Source: an uncultured delta proteobacterium
GTDB lineage: Bacteria > Desulfobacterota > Binatia > Binatales > Binataceae
Assembly: GCA_963724765.1 (NCBI GenBank)
Contig: CAVRVY010000004.1
Location: 1,344,001 to 1,408,000 of the forward strand
Direction of reading: 5' to 3'
DNA length: 64,000 bases
The notes beneath the pieces were generated by a model, which had not been told where the DNA came from, searched no databases, and saw only the letters and a list, made by a program, of their open reading frames with translations. The translations under genes were made by a program, and so were the position numbers. How positions within the stretch are numbered: the first letter of the stretch is position 1; each line of letters opens with the position of its first letter. Shown one piece after another: positions 1 through 9,551 of this stretch.

Positions 1-1
1 G

Positions 2-598
2 CACATCGGCCTCGAAGAGACCGGCGCGCCGTACGAAACCAAAATGGTCTCGTTCGCCAACGCCGAGCAACGCACCGAGGCCTATCTCAAAATCAACCCG
101 CGCGGCAAGGTGCCGGCGCTAAGCGTCGATGGGGCGATACTGGTCGAGAACACCGCCATCCTGACCTACCTGGCGAAGAAATACCCCAGCGCGAGGCTGC
201 TGCCCGCCGATCCGTTGGTCGAGGCGCGATGCATCGCGACCATGGCCTGGTTCTCCAATACCGTGCATCCGTCCTTCACCCATATTAACCGGCCCGAGCG
301 TTTCGCCGACGACCCCGCGGTGCATGCGAACCTCAAGGAGACCGGACGCAAGAATTTCTGGGCCAACCTTCAGGAAATCGAGGCGATGCTGAAGGGAAAG
401 GACTGGATCATGGGTGCGCAGTACACGGTCTGCGATGCTTACGCGCTGGTCTTCTATGGCTGGGGCATGCGGATCAACCTGCCGATGAATGAACTCGCCG
501 CTTACACGGCATTCAAGGACCGGATGCTGCTCCGGCCGGCCGTGCGCAAAATCCTGGAGCGCGAAAAGAGCATCCTGCTGGCCGCTGCTGCCGCGTAA
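2..598 (+). CDS. Glutathione S-transferase family protein (5'-truncated by window edge)
   Basis: Frame is open from base 2 (HIGLEETGAPYETKMVSF...); GST motifs INPRGKVPAL, ENTAILTYL and C-terminal YTVCDAY. Confidence 0.9.
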   Translation, partial: HIGLEETGAPYETKMVSFANAEQRTEAYLKINPRGKVPALSVDGAILVENTAILTYLAKKYPSARLLPADPLVEARCIATMAWFSNTVHPSFTHINRPERFADDPAVHANLKETGRKNFWANLQEIEAMLKGKDWIMGAQYTVCDAYALVFYGWGMRINLPMNELAAYTAFKDRMLLRPAVRKILEREKSILLAAAAA

Positions 599-634
599 TT
601 TCCGCTTCAGAATCCGGCAGGTCGGCGGGCCGCT

Positions 635-1018
635 CTACGAGCGCTTGCGCGCGATCGCGTCGATTTCAATCCGCGCACCACGCGGGAGCGCCGCCACCTG
701 CACTGTCGCCCGTGCCGGGTAGGGCGCGTTCAGATGCTCGCCATAGATTCGGTTGACAACGTCGAACTCGCCGAGGTCGATCAGGTAAATCGTGGTCTTC
801 ACGATATCGCTGAAATGAAGACCCACCGCGCCCAGCACCTCGCGCAGGTTCTCCATCACGCGGCGCGTCTCGTGCTCGACTCCGCCCTCCACCAGCCGGC
901 CGCCGGCCGGGTCGATCCCGATCTGCCCCGAGCAGAAGACCCAATCCCCGTCTCCGATCGCCTGCGAATAGGGACCAATCGCGGCCGGCGCCGCGGGCGT
1001 CGAAATCTGATGTTTCAT
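635..1018 (-). CDS. ridA: RidA/YjgF/UK114 family reactive intermediate deaminase
   Basis: MKHQISTPAAPAAIGPYSQA, SGQIG, PYPARATVQVAALP, IEIDAIA; ATG at 1018. Confidence 0.92.
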   Translation of the reverse strand: MKHQISTPAAPAAIGPYSQAIGDGDWVFCSGQIGIDPAGGRLVEGGVEHETRRVMENLREVLGAVGLHFSDIVKTTIYLIDLGEFDVVNRIYGEHLNAPYPARATVQVAALPRGARIEIDAIARKRS

Positions 1019-1050
1019 CGATGGCTCCGGATGAAGAATCTTTGCGGCGC

Positions 1051-3279
1051 CTAGACGCGATGACCGTTGCTGTTGCCCATCCCGACCCGCGCAACGCGCA
1101 TCACGCCGTCGATCGCGGCGATCTGATGGATAAGTCCGTTGAGCTGGCGCGCGCTGCCGACACTCAACTCGAACACCGATAGCGCCCGCCCGTCGTTGCC
1201 AGTGCCTTTGACCTCGGCGGTCGAGATGTTGACCCCGGCCGAGGCGATGGTCTTGGACATCGCGGCCAGCAGCCCCGGCTGGTCGATGCTCAGCACCTCG
1301 AGCCGGATCGGCCGCGGGGTGTCCTCGCCGTCCTTCCATACCACCGGCACGCGGCGCTGCGGATCACTCACCATCGCGTGCGGACATCCCTTCAGATGCA
1401 CCGTGACGCCACGCCCGCGCGTGATGAAGCCAATTATCTCCTCACCGGGCAGCGGGCTGCAGCATCGCGCAAAGCGCACCAGCATGTCGCCCACGCCCGA
1501 GACGATCACAGCGTTGCCGCTCGGCGCTCGGCGCGTCTCGCGCGCCGGCCGGCCGCTGTCCGAGGACGCCGGGGGCGCCGGCGCCTTCTCGGCGCGGTAG
1601 AGTTTGAGTTCGTCGGGGGTCAGCAGCTTGGCCAGCAACTGAGCCGCGGTGATGATGCCGTAGCCGACCGCGGCCAGCAGGCTATCGACATCGCGGTAGG
1701 AAAACTCCTTCAGCACCGGCTCGAAGCGCTTGCCGGGGCGCAGTTGCACGACCGTGAGCCCAAGCGGCTCCAGTTCGCGGTCGATTAGCGTGATGCCCCA
1801 CTTGATCGAGCGCTCGGCCTGCTGCGCGCGCAGCCACTGGCGGATGCGGCTCTTGGCGCGCGCGGTGACCGCGAAGCTCATCCAGTCCTTGCCCGGGCTC
1901 TGCCGCTCCGAGGTGACGACTTCGATCGTGTCACCGGACTTCATCCGGTAGCGCAGCGGCACCATCCTGCCGTTGGCGCGCGCGGCGCTCAGATGCTGCC
2001 CGACCTGGGAATGGATGCGGTAGGCGAAATCGATAACCGTCGCACCCTGCGGAAAGTCGAGTACGTCGCCCTTGGGCGTAAAAACGAAAACCTCTTCGGA
2101 AAAGAGATCATCCTTGACGGTGGAGAGGAATTCCTGCGGATCCTTGAGGTTCTGCTGCCACTCGATGAGCCGGCGCAGCCAGGCGAAGCGCTCGGTGTCG
2201 CGCAATTCGCTGGTGCCGCCTTCCTTGTAGCTCCAGTGCGCGGCGATTCCTTCCTCGGCCACCTTGTGCATCTCGGCGGTCCGGATCTGCACCTCCATCC
2301 GCTGCCCCTGCGGGCCAATCACCGTGGTATGCAGCGACTGGTACATGTTGACCTTGGGCAGCGCGATGTAATCCTTGAAGCGGCCGGGAATCGGCTTCCA
2401 ACTGGCGTGGGCCACGCCCAGCGCCTCGTAACACTCGCGCAGCGTCGCGACGATGATGCGGAAGGCGACCAGGTCATACACCTGGTCGAAGTGCAGCCCC
2501 TCCTCCTGCATCTTACGATGGATCGAATAGATGTTCTTGGGCCGCCCGGTGACCTCGGCCTTGACCCCGGCCTCCTCCAGGCGCTGCGCGATGATCCCGA
2601 TTACCGCGCGGATGTACTCCTCGCTCTCAGCCATCGTGCGCGCGACGTGGGCCTTGAGCGTGGCGTAGGCGGTCGGATTTAGGTAGCGGAAGGCCGCGTC
2701 CTCGAGCTCCGACTTGAGCCAGTAGATGCCGAGCCGATGCGCGATCGGGGCGTAGATTTCCAGCGTCTCGCGCGCGATCTCCTCCTGGCGGTCGCGCGCC
2801 AGGTGCGAGAGCGTGCGCATGTTGTGCAGGCGGTCGGCGAGCTTGATGAGCACGACCCGGATGTCGTGCGCCATCGCGATAACCATCTTGCGGAAGTTCT
2901 CGGCCTGCTTCTCGGCGCGGCTGGAAAAAGTGATCTTGGAGACCTTGGTGACGCCGTCGACCAAGGTGGCGACTTCGCTGCCGAAGAGATCGCGCACCTC
3001 ATCGATCGAGGCCATCGTGTCCTCGACCACGTCGTGCAGGAGGCCGGTGATGATCGAGGGCAGGTCGAGCTTGAGCTGCGCGATGATTAGGGCGACGTTC
3101 AGCGGATGGATGACGTAGGGCTCGCCCGACTCGCGCTTCTGCTCGGCGTGCATCCGCGCCGAGTATTCATAGGCGCGGCGGATTAGTTGGATGTCAGCCT
3201 GCGGATTGTACGCCTGAACCCGGGGCAGGAGTTGTTCGAGCTCCGCAGGCTCGCTGGCGGCGACGGCTAGTTCTTCCAC
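1051..3279 (-). CDS. spoT: Bifunctional (p)ppGpp synthetase/hydrolase (Rel/SpoT)
   Basis: Intact HD motif LLHDVVEDT, KLADRLHNMRT, RFKDYIA, YQSLHT, TGS domain (VFTPKG...DFAYRIH), CCxPLPG and C-terminal ACT domain. Confidence 0.95.
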   Translation of the reverse strand: MEELAVAASEPAELEQLLPRVQAYNPQADIQLIRRAYEYSARMHAEQKRESGEPYVIHPLNVALIIAQLKLDLPSIITGLLHDVVEDTMASIDEVRDLFGSEVATLVDGVTKVSKITFSSRAEKQAENFRKMVIAMAHDIRVVLIKLADRLHNMRTLSHLARDRQEEIARETLEIYAPIAHRLGIYWLKSELEDAAFRYLNPTAYATLKAHVARTMAESEEYIRAVIGIIAQRLEEAGVKAEVTGRPKNIYSIHRKMQEEGLHFDQVYDLVAFRIIVATLRECYEALGVAHASWKPIPGRFKDYIALPKVNMYQSLHTTVIGPQGQRMEVQIRTAEMHKVAEEGIAAHWSYKEGGTSELRDTERFAWLRRLIEWQQNLKDPQEFLSTVKDDLFSEEVFVFTPKGDVLDFPQGATVIDFAYRIHSQVGQHLSAARANGRMVPLRYRMKSGDTIEVVTSERQSPGKDWMSFAVTARAKSRIRQWLRAQQAERSIKWGITLIDRELEPLGLTVVQLRPGKRFEPVLKEFSYRDVDSLLAAVGYGIITAAQLLAKLLTPDELKLYRAEKAPAPPASSDSGRPARETRRAPSGNAVIVSGVGDMLVRFARCCSPLPGEEIIGFITRGRGVTVHLKGCPHAMVSDPQRRVPVVWKDGEDTPRPIRLEVLSIDQPGLLAAMSKTIASAGVNISTAEVKGTGNDGRALSVFELSVGSARQLNGLIHQIAAIDGVMRVARVGMGNSNGHRV

Positions 3280-3890
3280 GCTGCGAAATCCTCGCGCAGC
3301 CGTGCCACTCTCAGCCGCTCCGCCTCCACCACGGCCTTCAGACGAATCAGTGAATCTTCGAGGTCGGCGTTGATTATGAGGTAGTCGTACTCGGGATAGG
3401 CTTGCGCTTCCTCGCGCGCGCGCCGTAGCCGCTCGGCGATCGCGGCCTCATTTTCGGTGGCGCGCTTGCGCAGGCGCCCCTCGAGTTCGGCGAAGCTCGG
3501 CGGGAGGACGAAAATCGTGACCGCGTCGCGCGGGTACTTGGCCTTTATCTGGCTCGCGCCCTGGATATCGATGTCGAGCAGGATGTCGTGTCCCGCAGCG
3601 ATTGCACGGTCCAGCGCAGCGCGAGGCGTGCCGTAAGAAGCCTCAAAGACCCGGGCCCACTCCGCCAGTTCGTCAGCATCGCGCCGCCGGATGAATTCCT
3701 CCTCGTTCACGAAAAAGTAGTCGAATCCTTCGACCTCGCCGTTGCGAGGCCTTCGTGTGGTCAGCGACACGGACGCTTCCAGGCCGCCAATCGCCTTGAG
3801 CGCCGCGCGAGAGATAGTGGTCTTGCCGGCCCCCGACGGGGCCGAGAGAATGAAGATTATCCCGCGGCGAGGCGCCCCCGTATGCTCCAT
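3267..3890 (-). CDS. gmk: Guanylate kinase
   Basis: SAPSGAGKTT P-loop, TTRRPRNGE, YGTP, LDIDIQGA, PPSFAELEGRL. Confidence 0.96.
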   Translation of the reverse strand: MEHTGAPRRGIIFILSAPSGAGKTTISRAALKAIGGLEASVSLTTRRPRNGEVEGFDYFFVNEEEFIRRRDADELAEWARVFEASYGTPRAALDRAIAAGHDILLDIDIQGASQIKAKYPRDAVTIFVLPPSFAELEGRLRKRATENEAAIAERLRRAREEAQAYPEYDYLIINADLEDSLIRLKAVVEAERLRVARLREDFAAWKN

Positions 3891-3943
3891 AACCAAGCCT
3901 ATAAAAGCCGCAAGCCCTTTGCAATCAAGGTGTTTTTCGCGCT

Positions 3944-4819
3944 CTACTCGACGTTCTGCACCTGCTCGCGCATCTTTTCGACTTCGCCCTTGAGCCCCAC
4001 GATTATCCGCGAGAGCGCCGCGCTCTGCGACTTCGCCCCCATCGTGTTGATCTCGCGGTTAACCTCCTGCAGCAGAAACTCGATCTGCTTGCCCACCGTC
4101 CCCTCGCTTTCCACCAACTCGCGCAGGCCGTGCAGATGGGTCCGCAGGCGGGTCACTTCCTCGGTGATATCGGCGCGCTGTGCGGCGTCAGAGGCCTCCT
4201 CGTAAAGCCGCTTCTCATTGACCGCCAGGTCGGCAATAAGATCGCGCAGCCGTGTCTGAAAGTTCCCCACAATTTCGCTGCGTGACGCCTCCGCCAGCCG
4301 TTCGATCTTAGGCACCGCCTCGGTAATGGTTTTGATTCGAGCGAGAAAGTCGGCGCGCAGCGCTTTGCCCTCGCGCTTGCGATCGGTCTCGAGTGCCTTG
4401 AGTGCGCGCGCGATTGCGGCAAACGCCAACTGCACGCCCGGGCGAGAATCGGTCTCCTCTTCACTGACCTGGAAAATCTCAGGACGATGCAGCAGGACCT
4501 CGATCCCAGCCTTGCCGGAAAGACCGAGGCTGCGCCCGAGCCGCCCAAGCTCCTTGACGTACAGCGCTGCAAGGCGGTCGTTGACGCGCAGCGTCGTGGG
4601 CGGCGGGCCAAGCGGTGTGCATCGGACAAAAAGCTCGACCCGGCCGCGCGCGATAACACCCTGGACCAGTTTGCGGATTTCGGCCTCGTGCTCGCCCCAG
4701 CTGCGCGGCAGATTGAGTTTGAGCTCGAAAAAGCGCTGATTGAGCGTGCGCACCTCCGCCGCGACACGCACCTTTCCGCGTTCGATCTCCGCCCGTCCAA
4801 AGCCGGTCATGCTGCGCAT
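3944..4819 (-). CDS. yicC: YicC/YloC family endoribonuclease
   Basis: MRSMTGFGR N-terminus, DITEEVTRL, QEVNREINTMGAKS, EKMREQVQNVE C-terminus; upstream of gmk. Confidence 0.93.
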   Translation of the reverse strand: MRSMTGFGRAEIERGKVRVAAEVRTLNQRFFELKLNLPRSWGEHEAEIRKLVQGVIARGRVELFVRCTPLGPPPTTLRVNDRLAALYVKELGRLGRSLGLSGKAGIEVLLHRPEIFQVSEEETDSRPGVQLAFAAIARALKALETDRKREGKALRADFLARIKTITEAVPKIERLAEASRSEIVGNFQTRLRDLIADLAVNEKRLYEEASDAAQRADITEEVTRLRTHLHGLRELVESEGTVGKQIEFLLQEVNREINTMGAKSQSAALSRIIVGLKGEVEKMREQVQNVE

Positions 4820-4844
4820 TTAGCTGATCATCCTTTACGGCTCC

Positions 4845-4960
4845 CGCCTATCCCTCTATGGCTTTCGCTTATCCCCTCGCGGCTTTCGCCTATCCCCTCG
4901 CGGCTTTCGCCTATCCCCTCGCGGCCTTCGCCGACGCCTTCGCGGCTTTTGCCGATGCCC
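4845..4960. repeat. 21-bp tandem repeat (~5.5 copies) spanning the GT4 stop codon
   Basis: Units cgcctatccctctatggcttt / cgcttatcccctcgcggcttt / cgcctatcccctcgcggcttt / cgcctatcccctcgcggcctt / cgccgacgccttcgcggcttt. Confidence 0.9.
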
Positions 4961-6131
4961 CAGTCTGAAGGCAAGCCCGGTAAAGCTCAACCGTCCGGCG
5001 AGCCATAGAAGCCATCGAGAAATGCTCCACTGCACGAGCCCGCGCCGCCGCACCCATCGCGATCCGCGCCGGCGCGTCGGCACTCAAATCCCCCAATGCG
5101 CCGGCCAGCGCATGCGCATCCCCCGGCGCGACCAGCCTCCCGGTGCGCCCCTCGTCCACGGCGTCGACGATCCCGCCGACGCGCGAGGCCACGGCGGGAA
5201 GCCCACAGGCCATCGCCTCGAGCAACGCGACGCCGAGCCCTTCGCTTAGCGACGGCATCGCGAAAATGTCGAGCGCCCATAGAACCGCGCGCGGGTCGTC
5301 GATGCGGCCGACTAACCGGACGGCGCGAACGGGGCGAACCGCATCGCCCACCCGCAGGCGCCGAATCTCCGCCGCAAGCGGGTCGCGCAGCGACCCGTCG
5401 CCGCCGATGATCGCGACAACGCCCCCGCAGGAAGCGGGGGCGTTGCGCCCGAGCAGGGCCATCGCTTCCACCAGGTAGCGATGGCCCTTGCGCGGCTCGA
5501 GCGCGCCGACCGCGCCGACAGCGAGGTCGGCGTCGCCGAGGCCCAGCGCGGCGCGCGATTGCGCGCGTTCGTCCGCCGTCGGCGGACGAAAATGCGCGCA
5601 GTCGACGCCGCTGGGAATTACCGTGATGCGCTCGCGCGCGACTCCGGCGCGCGCGAGCGCGTCGGCGACCGCGGCTGAAATCGCCGCGACGCCGTCGACC
5701 GCGCGGCCATAAAGCCACGGCGCGAACAGCCGGTTGGGCACGTAATCCATCCGGCGCGTCACCACTGCCGCGCGCACGAGGCCGCGCACCCACGGAGCCA
5801 TCGCATGCGCCCGCGAGGTGTGGAAATGCACCACATCATAGAGCCCATCGCGGAGCGTGCGTCTCAATGCTGCGGCGGCCACGAGGTCGAGCGCGTTGCG
5901 GATGGGCAAAGGACAGCAGACGACGCCGGCCGCCTCTGCACGCCGCCACAGTTCACCCGCCGGATCGCACAGCAGCTCTGCGCGATGGCCCATCGCGCGG
6001 AGCTCCAGCGTAAGTCCAAGTACCTGGGTCTCGCCGCCGGCGAAATTGCGCTCGGGATCGACCCCGGCGATGCTGAGCGGCGCCGCCGCCGCAGGTGTAG
6101 TGGCCGCCTCGGCCGGACGCGAACATTCCAT
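4911..6131 (-). CDS. Glycosyltransferase family 4 (GT-B), probably LPS core
   Basis: GGETQV, VVHFHT, RKGHRYL, PSLSEGLGVALLEAMACGLPAVASRVGG. Confidence 0.9.
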   Translation of the reverse strand: MECSRPAEAATTPAAAAPLSIAGVDPERNFAGGETQVLGLTLELRAMGHRAELLCDPAGELWRRAEAAGVVCCPLPIRNALDLVAAAALRRTLRDGLYDVVHFHTSRAHAMAPWVRGLVRAAVVTRRMDYVPNRLFAPWLYGRAVDGVAAISAAVADALARAGVARERITVIPSGVDCAHFRPPTADERAQSRAALGLGDADLAVGAVGALEPRKGHRYLVEAMALLGRNAPASCGGVVAIIGGDGSLRDPLAAEIRRLRVGDAVRPVRAVRLVGRIDDPRAVLWALDIFAMPSLSEGLGVALLEAMACGLPAVASRVGGIVDAVDEGRTGRLVAPGDAHALAGALGDLSADAPARIAMGAAARARAVEHFSMASMARRTVELYRACLQTGASAKAAKASAKAARG

Positions 6132-6134
6132 CGC

Positions 6135-6827
6135 TCAGTCGGCGAACCGGTAGTAAAGGATCGCCCCGATCGCGGCGATCGCATCGCGCCAGCCGATCTT
6201 CTTGCCCTCTGCGTAGGTGCGGCCCGAGTACGAGATCGGCACCTCATAGATGCGCCATCTGGCGCGCGCCGCCTTGGCGGTTATCTCGGGTTCGAAGGTG
6301 AAACGGTCGGCGCTGAGCTTGAGCATAATCAGCTTGTCGCGCCTGAACGCCTTCATCCCGGTCTCCATGTCAGTCAGGTTGAGGTTGCACAGAACGTCGG
6401 AAACCAGCGTCAGGAAGCGATTGCCAACATAGTGCCAGAAGAACAGCACGCGATGAGGTCCGCCGAGAAAGCGCGAGCCGTAAACCATGTCCGCGCGGCC
6501 GTCGATGAGCGCCTCGAGCAGATGCCGGTAGTCGCGCGGATCGTACTCGAGGTCGGCGTCCTGGACCACAACGTACTGGTTGCGCGCCGCCGCGAAACCC
6601 GTGCGCAACGCCGCGCCTTTACCGCGATTGACCGCGTGATAGAAGCAATGGACCTGCGGATGCTCGAGCGAGCGCAAGTATTTAGGGGTGTCGTCGGTTG
6701 AAGCGTCGTCGACCACGATGACCTCGGTCTCGAAGCCGCATTCCAGCACGCGCTTGATGACCTCGCCGATTGTGCCGGCTTCGTTGTAGACCGGGATCAC
6801 AACGGAAATCTTTACCGCATCGTCCAT
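6135..6827 (-). CDS. Glycosyltransferase family 2 (polyprenol-phosphate glycosyltransferase-like)
   Basis: ISVVIPVYNE, VVDDASTD, NRGKGAALRTG, QDADLEYDP, TDMETG, FEPEIT; ATG at 6827. Confidence 0.92.
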   Translation of the reverse strand: MDDAVKISVVIPVYNEAGTIGEVIKRVLECGFETEVIVVDDASTDDTPKYLRSLEHPQVHCFYHAVNRGKGAALRTGFAAARNQYVVVQDADLEYDPRDYRHLLEALIDGRADMVYGSRFLGGPHRVLFFWHYVGNRFLTLVSDVLCNLNLTDMETGMKAFRRDKLIMLKLSADRFTFEPEITAKAARARWRIYEVPISYSGRTYAEGKKIGWRDAIAAIGAILYYRFAD

Positions 6828-6861
6828 CGCTCTTCCCCCACTCTTCCTCCCGCCTTGGCTC

Positions 6862-7710
6862 TCACACCGCGCGCCGCGATGCACCGCCGCGAGCGGGCTC
6901 TGTTCCGCCGCCCACAGTATCGCGAAGCCGGCGCGCCCGCAGCATCCTGGTGACCCGCCGAATCAAACGGCTCGGCACATCGCCCATCGCACGACCATAA
7001 GCGTCGATAACTCGCAGCCGGTTGGTGCGGCCCATCCCCTCCAGGTCGAAGCGGCAAAGCTGCACCAGGTTGCGCAGCCGCCGGCGCTCCCACATAAGGC
7101 GCGGCTCGGCCGTGCGTTCGTGATCGATCAGGCTGAAGCGCACCGGCGCGCCGTTTGCGACAAAGATGTTGTAGGGCGTGAGGTCGCCATGGATAAAGCC
7201 GGCGGCATGGAGCCGCGCGACTTCGGCGCCGAGCGCGCGCAGCACCTCGCGCCTGTGCGCCGGAGCGCCGGACACGCGCCGTAGAAAGCGCGGCAGCGGC
7301 TCGCCCGCCACGCGCGCGGTCACCATCATCGTGCGCCCGCTTCCGCGCTCATCGCCGAGCATCAATATTGGCGCCACCGCGAACCCCGCCGCGACCAGCG
7401 CGTCGAGTATGGCCTGCATCCGCTCGGCGCGCGGGCGAAGGAACAGCCGGCGAACCGCCTTGAGTCCGCGCGGCGCGTCGAGCAGCTTGACGAAGACCTC
7501 GGTCTCGCCGGAGAGCGGCGTGCCGAGCCGAATCTGGTAGGTCGAGGCATGGCGCGAGCGCCGCAAGGGCCGGTCGTCCGCGCCACCGGCAATTTTGAGT
7601 GCGCGATCGATAAGCTCCAGGCCCAGCCGTGAGGGAAGTTCGGCCAGCGCGGGCGCCAGCAGCAGCGACCATCCGTCGCGCTCGACACGCGCCCGAGCGG
7701 CAACCGTCAC
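6862..7710 (-). CDS. Lipopolysaccharide kinase (Kdo/WaaP/InaA family)
   Basis: VFVK, LHAAGFIHGDLTPYNI, LIDHE, RNLVQL; lies within the LPS glycosyltransferase cluster. Confidence 0.8.
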   Translation of the reverse strand: MTVAARARVERDGWSLLLAPALAELPSRLGLELIDRALKIAGGADDRPLRRSRHASTYQIRLGTPLSGETEVFVKLLDAPRGLKAVRRLFLRPRAERMQAILDALVAAGFAVAPILMLGDERGSGRTMMVTARVAGEPLPRFLRRVSGAPAHRREVLRALGAEVARLHAAGFIHGDLTPYNIFVANGAPVRFSLIDHERTAEPRLMWERRRLRNLVQLCRFDLEGMGRTNRLRVIDAYGRAMGDVPSRLIRRVTRMLRARRLRDTVGGGTEPARGGASRRAV

Positions 7711-8942
7711 GGGCGCTCCTGGCCTTGCCGCGCAGGCTGGATCGCGCCGCCCGCTTCGGCAGCCGGCGGCAGCGGACGCGGCCGGTCATCCGCAAGCGCG
7801 CCGATGGCGCGTGGGGCCGCCAGCGCACGTCTTAGGACAGCCGCGACATCGCCTGGAGCGATCCGCCGCATGCATTCGCGGCCGATCGGGCACTCGCGCA
7901 GGTAGCATGGATGGCACGGAATCGCGCCGCTCAGCGCCAGGTCGGCAAATCCCCACGGCGCGGAGCGCGCGGGCGCGGTCGCACCCCACAAAGAAACCAC
8001 GGGACATCCGGCCGCCGCCGCGATATGCATCGGGCCCGAGTCGGGGCCAAAGGCCGCGGCGCATTCGGCGAAGATCGCGACCAGGTCACGCAAACCGGTG
8101 CGTCCGGTCAAATTGAGTACGGGCTGGTTAAGTACGGGCGGGTTGAGCACGGGCGCGCCTGCGAGATTTGCGACTACCTGCTCAGCCAGCGCCACTTCGT
8201 CGCGGCCGCTTCCGATCAGCACCGGAAAAAGCGCGGGAGACCCGTCGCGCGCCATCGCCATTTCACGAATCACCGCCGCGACCGAGTCGGGAAAATAGAT
8301 CCGGCTCGGCCATGACGAGCCCAGGATGACCGCCAACAACGGCCGCGGCGCGCCCTCGAGCATCGCCGCCGCGCGCGCCCGCTCGGCAGCCGAAGCGAAG
8401 AGGCCGAACTCCACCGGCGCCGGTGCAAGCCCGAGCGCGTCGCCAAAGCCCTGGTACTGCATCAGCTTCAGGCGCATCGGCGGCTGCGGCGCAATTTGTC
8501 GGGAGGAGAACAGATGGTTGAATTCCTTGCCGTTGGAGCGATCGAAGCCGAGGCGCGTGTGAGCTCCGGAAGCGATCGAGACCACGCCGCTCTTCAGGTG
8601 TCGCTGGAGGTCGAGCGTGAGATCGAAATGGCCCGCGCGCACCCGGACAAGGAAGGGCAGAAACGAAAATGGTGCGCGGCGGCGGTTGTAGACGACTAGC
8701 TCATCCACCCAGGGATGGCCCTCCAGTACCGCCTGCGACTTGGGCTCGACCGCCCACGCGATATGCGCGGCCGGCCACGCGCGTCGGATACGACCGAGCA
8801 GCGGCAGTGCGCGCACCACGTCGCCGATCGCGCCGAGCAGAATAATAAGGACGCGGCGCGGCGCGGCGCCAGATGCGGTTGGAGACGCGGGAGTGACGGA
8901 TTCGGCGGTCGGATAGGCGGCAGTCTTATCGGGGGCGGTCAT
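7707..8942 (-). CDS. Glycosyltransferase family 9 (ADP-heptose:LPS heptosyltransferase)
   Basis: LGAIGDVVRALP, DLQRHLKS, GPDSGPMHIAAA, LWGAT, CHPCYLRECP. Confidence 0.9.
   Translation of the reverse strand: MTAPDKTAAYPTAESVTPASPTASGAAPRRVLIILLGAIGDVVRALPLLGRIRRAWPAAHIAWAVEPKSQAVLEGHPWVDELVVYNRRRAPFSFLPFLVRVRAGHFDLTLDLQRHLKSGVVSIASGAHTRLGFDRSNGKEFNHLFSSRQIAPQPPMRLKLMQYQGFGDALGLAPAPVEFGLFASAAERARAAAMLEGAPRPLLAVILGSSWPSRIYFPDSVAAVIREMAMARDGSPALFPVLIGSGRDEVALAEQVVANLAGAPVLNPPVLNQPVLNLTGRTGLRDLVAIFAECAAAFGPDSGPMHIAAAAGCPVVSLWGATAPARSAPWGFADLALSGAIPCHPCYLRECPIGRECMRRIAPGDVAAVLRRALAAPRAIGALADDRPRPLPPAAEAGGAIQPARQGQERP
8111..8155. repeat. In-frame 15-bp tandem triplication (PVLNP-PVLNQ-PVLNL) inside GT9
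   Basis: Visible in both the protein translation and the DNA. Confidence 0.8.
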
Positions 8943-9057
8943 GCGGCTTCGGGCTATCCTGGCAGCCGAGCTTAGCAGCCGACGATGGTTGCCCGAAGCC
9001 GTCCGCTCTATTTTCTGATCCCGCGCCGCGCTAATACCTGAGTCGCCCTCTTCTCTT

Positions 9058-9082
9058 GTAGGGGCCGTTCGTGAACGGCCCT
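9058..9082 (+). repeat. GTAG-family REP-like palindrome, copy 1
   Basis: GTAG followed by hairpin GGGCCGTTC-GT-GAACGGCCC; near-identical copy at 33208. Confidence 0.75.
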
Positions 9083-9194
9083 GTCTGCTCCGCCCTTCGG
9101 CTGTAAGGATCAGGAATTTTTTAAGGAGCTCAACCTGCCCTCTCCTGCGACGATGCGGCCGAGGGCATAAGAAGTCGACGCGAGCGGTCAGGGC

Positions 9195-9551
9195 TCAGGT
9201 CCAATCAAGCGCGCCGCGCTGCCAGGCGTAAACGAGGCCAACCGTGAGGATTGCGATGAAGACCAGCGCTTCGACCAGGCCGAACATCCCCAGATGGCGC
9301 AACTCGACCGCCCACGGGTAGAGGAAAACCACCTCGACGTCGAAGACCACGAACAGCAGCGCAGTCAGATAAAAGTGCACCGAAAAGCGTCCCCACGCCG
9401 CGCCGCTTGGCGGATTACCGCACTCGAACGGCTCGCTCTTGATCTTGCCGGGGCGCCGCGGCCCGGTCAGGAGGTTGATCGTGACCATGCCGCCGACGAC
9501 AATCGCCGCGACCGCGAGCGTTACCAGAATCGGAAACCAGGTGAGCAGCAT
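9195..9551 (-). CDS. nuoA: NADH-quinone oxidoreductase subunit A (stand-alone)
   Basis: KSEPFECG, FSVHFYLTALLFVVFDVEVVFLYPWA, YAWQRGALDW. Confidence 0.95.
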   Translation of the reverse strand: MLLTWFPILVTLAVAAIVVGGMVTINLLTGPRRPGKIKSEPFECGNPPSGAAWGRFSVHFYLTALLFVVFDVEVVFLYPWAVELRHLGMFGLVEALVFIAILTVGLVYAWQRGALDWT

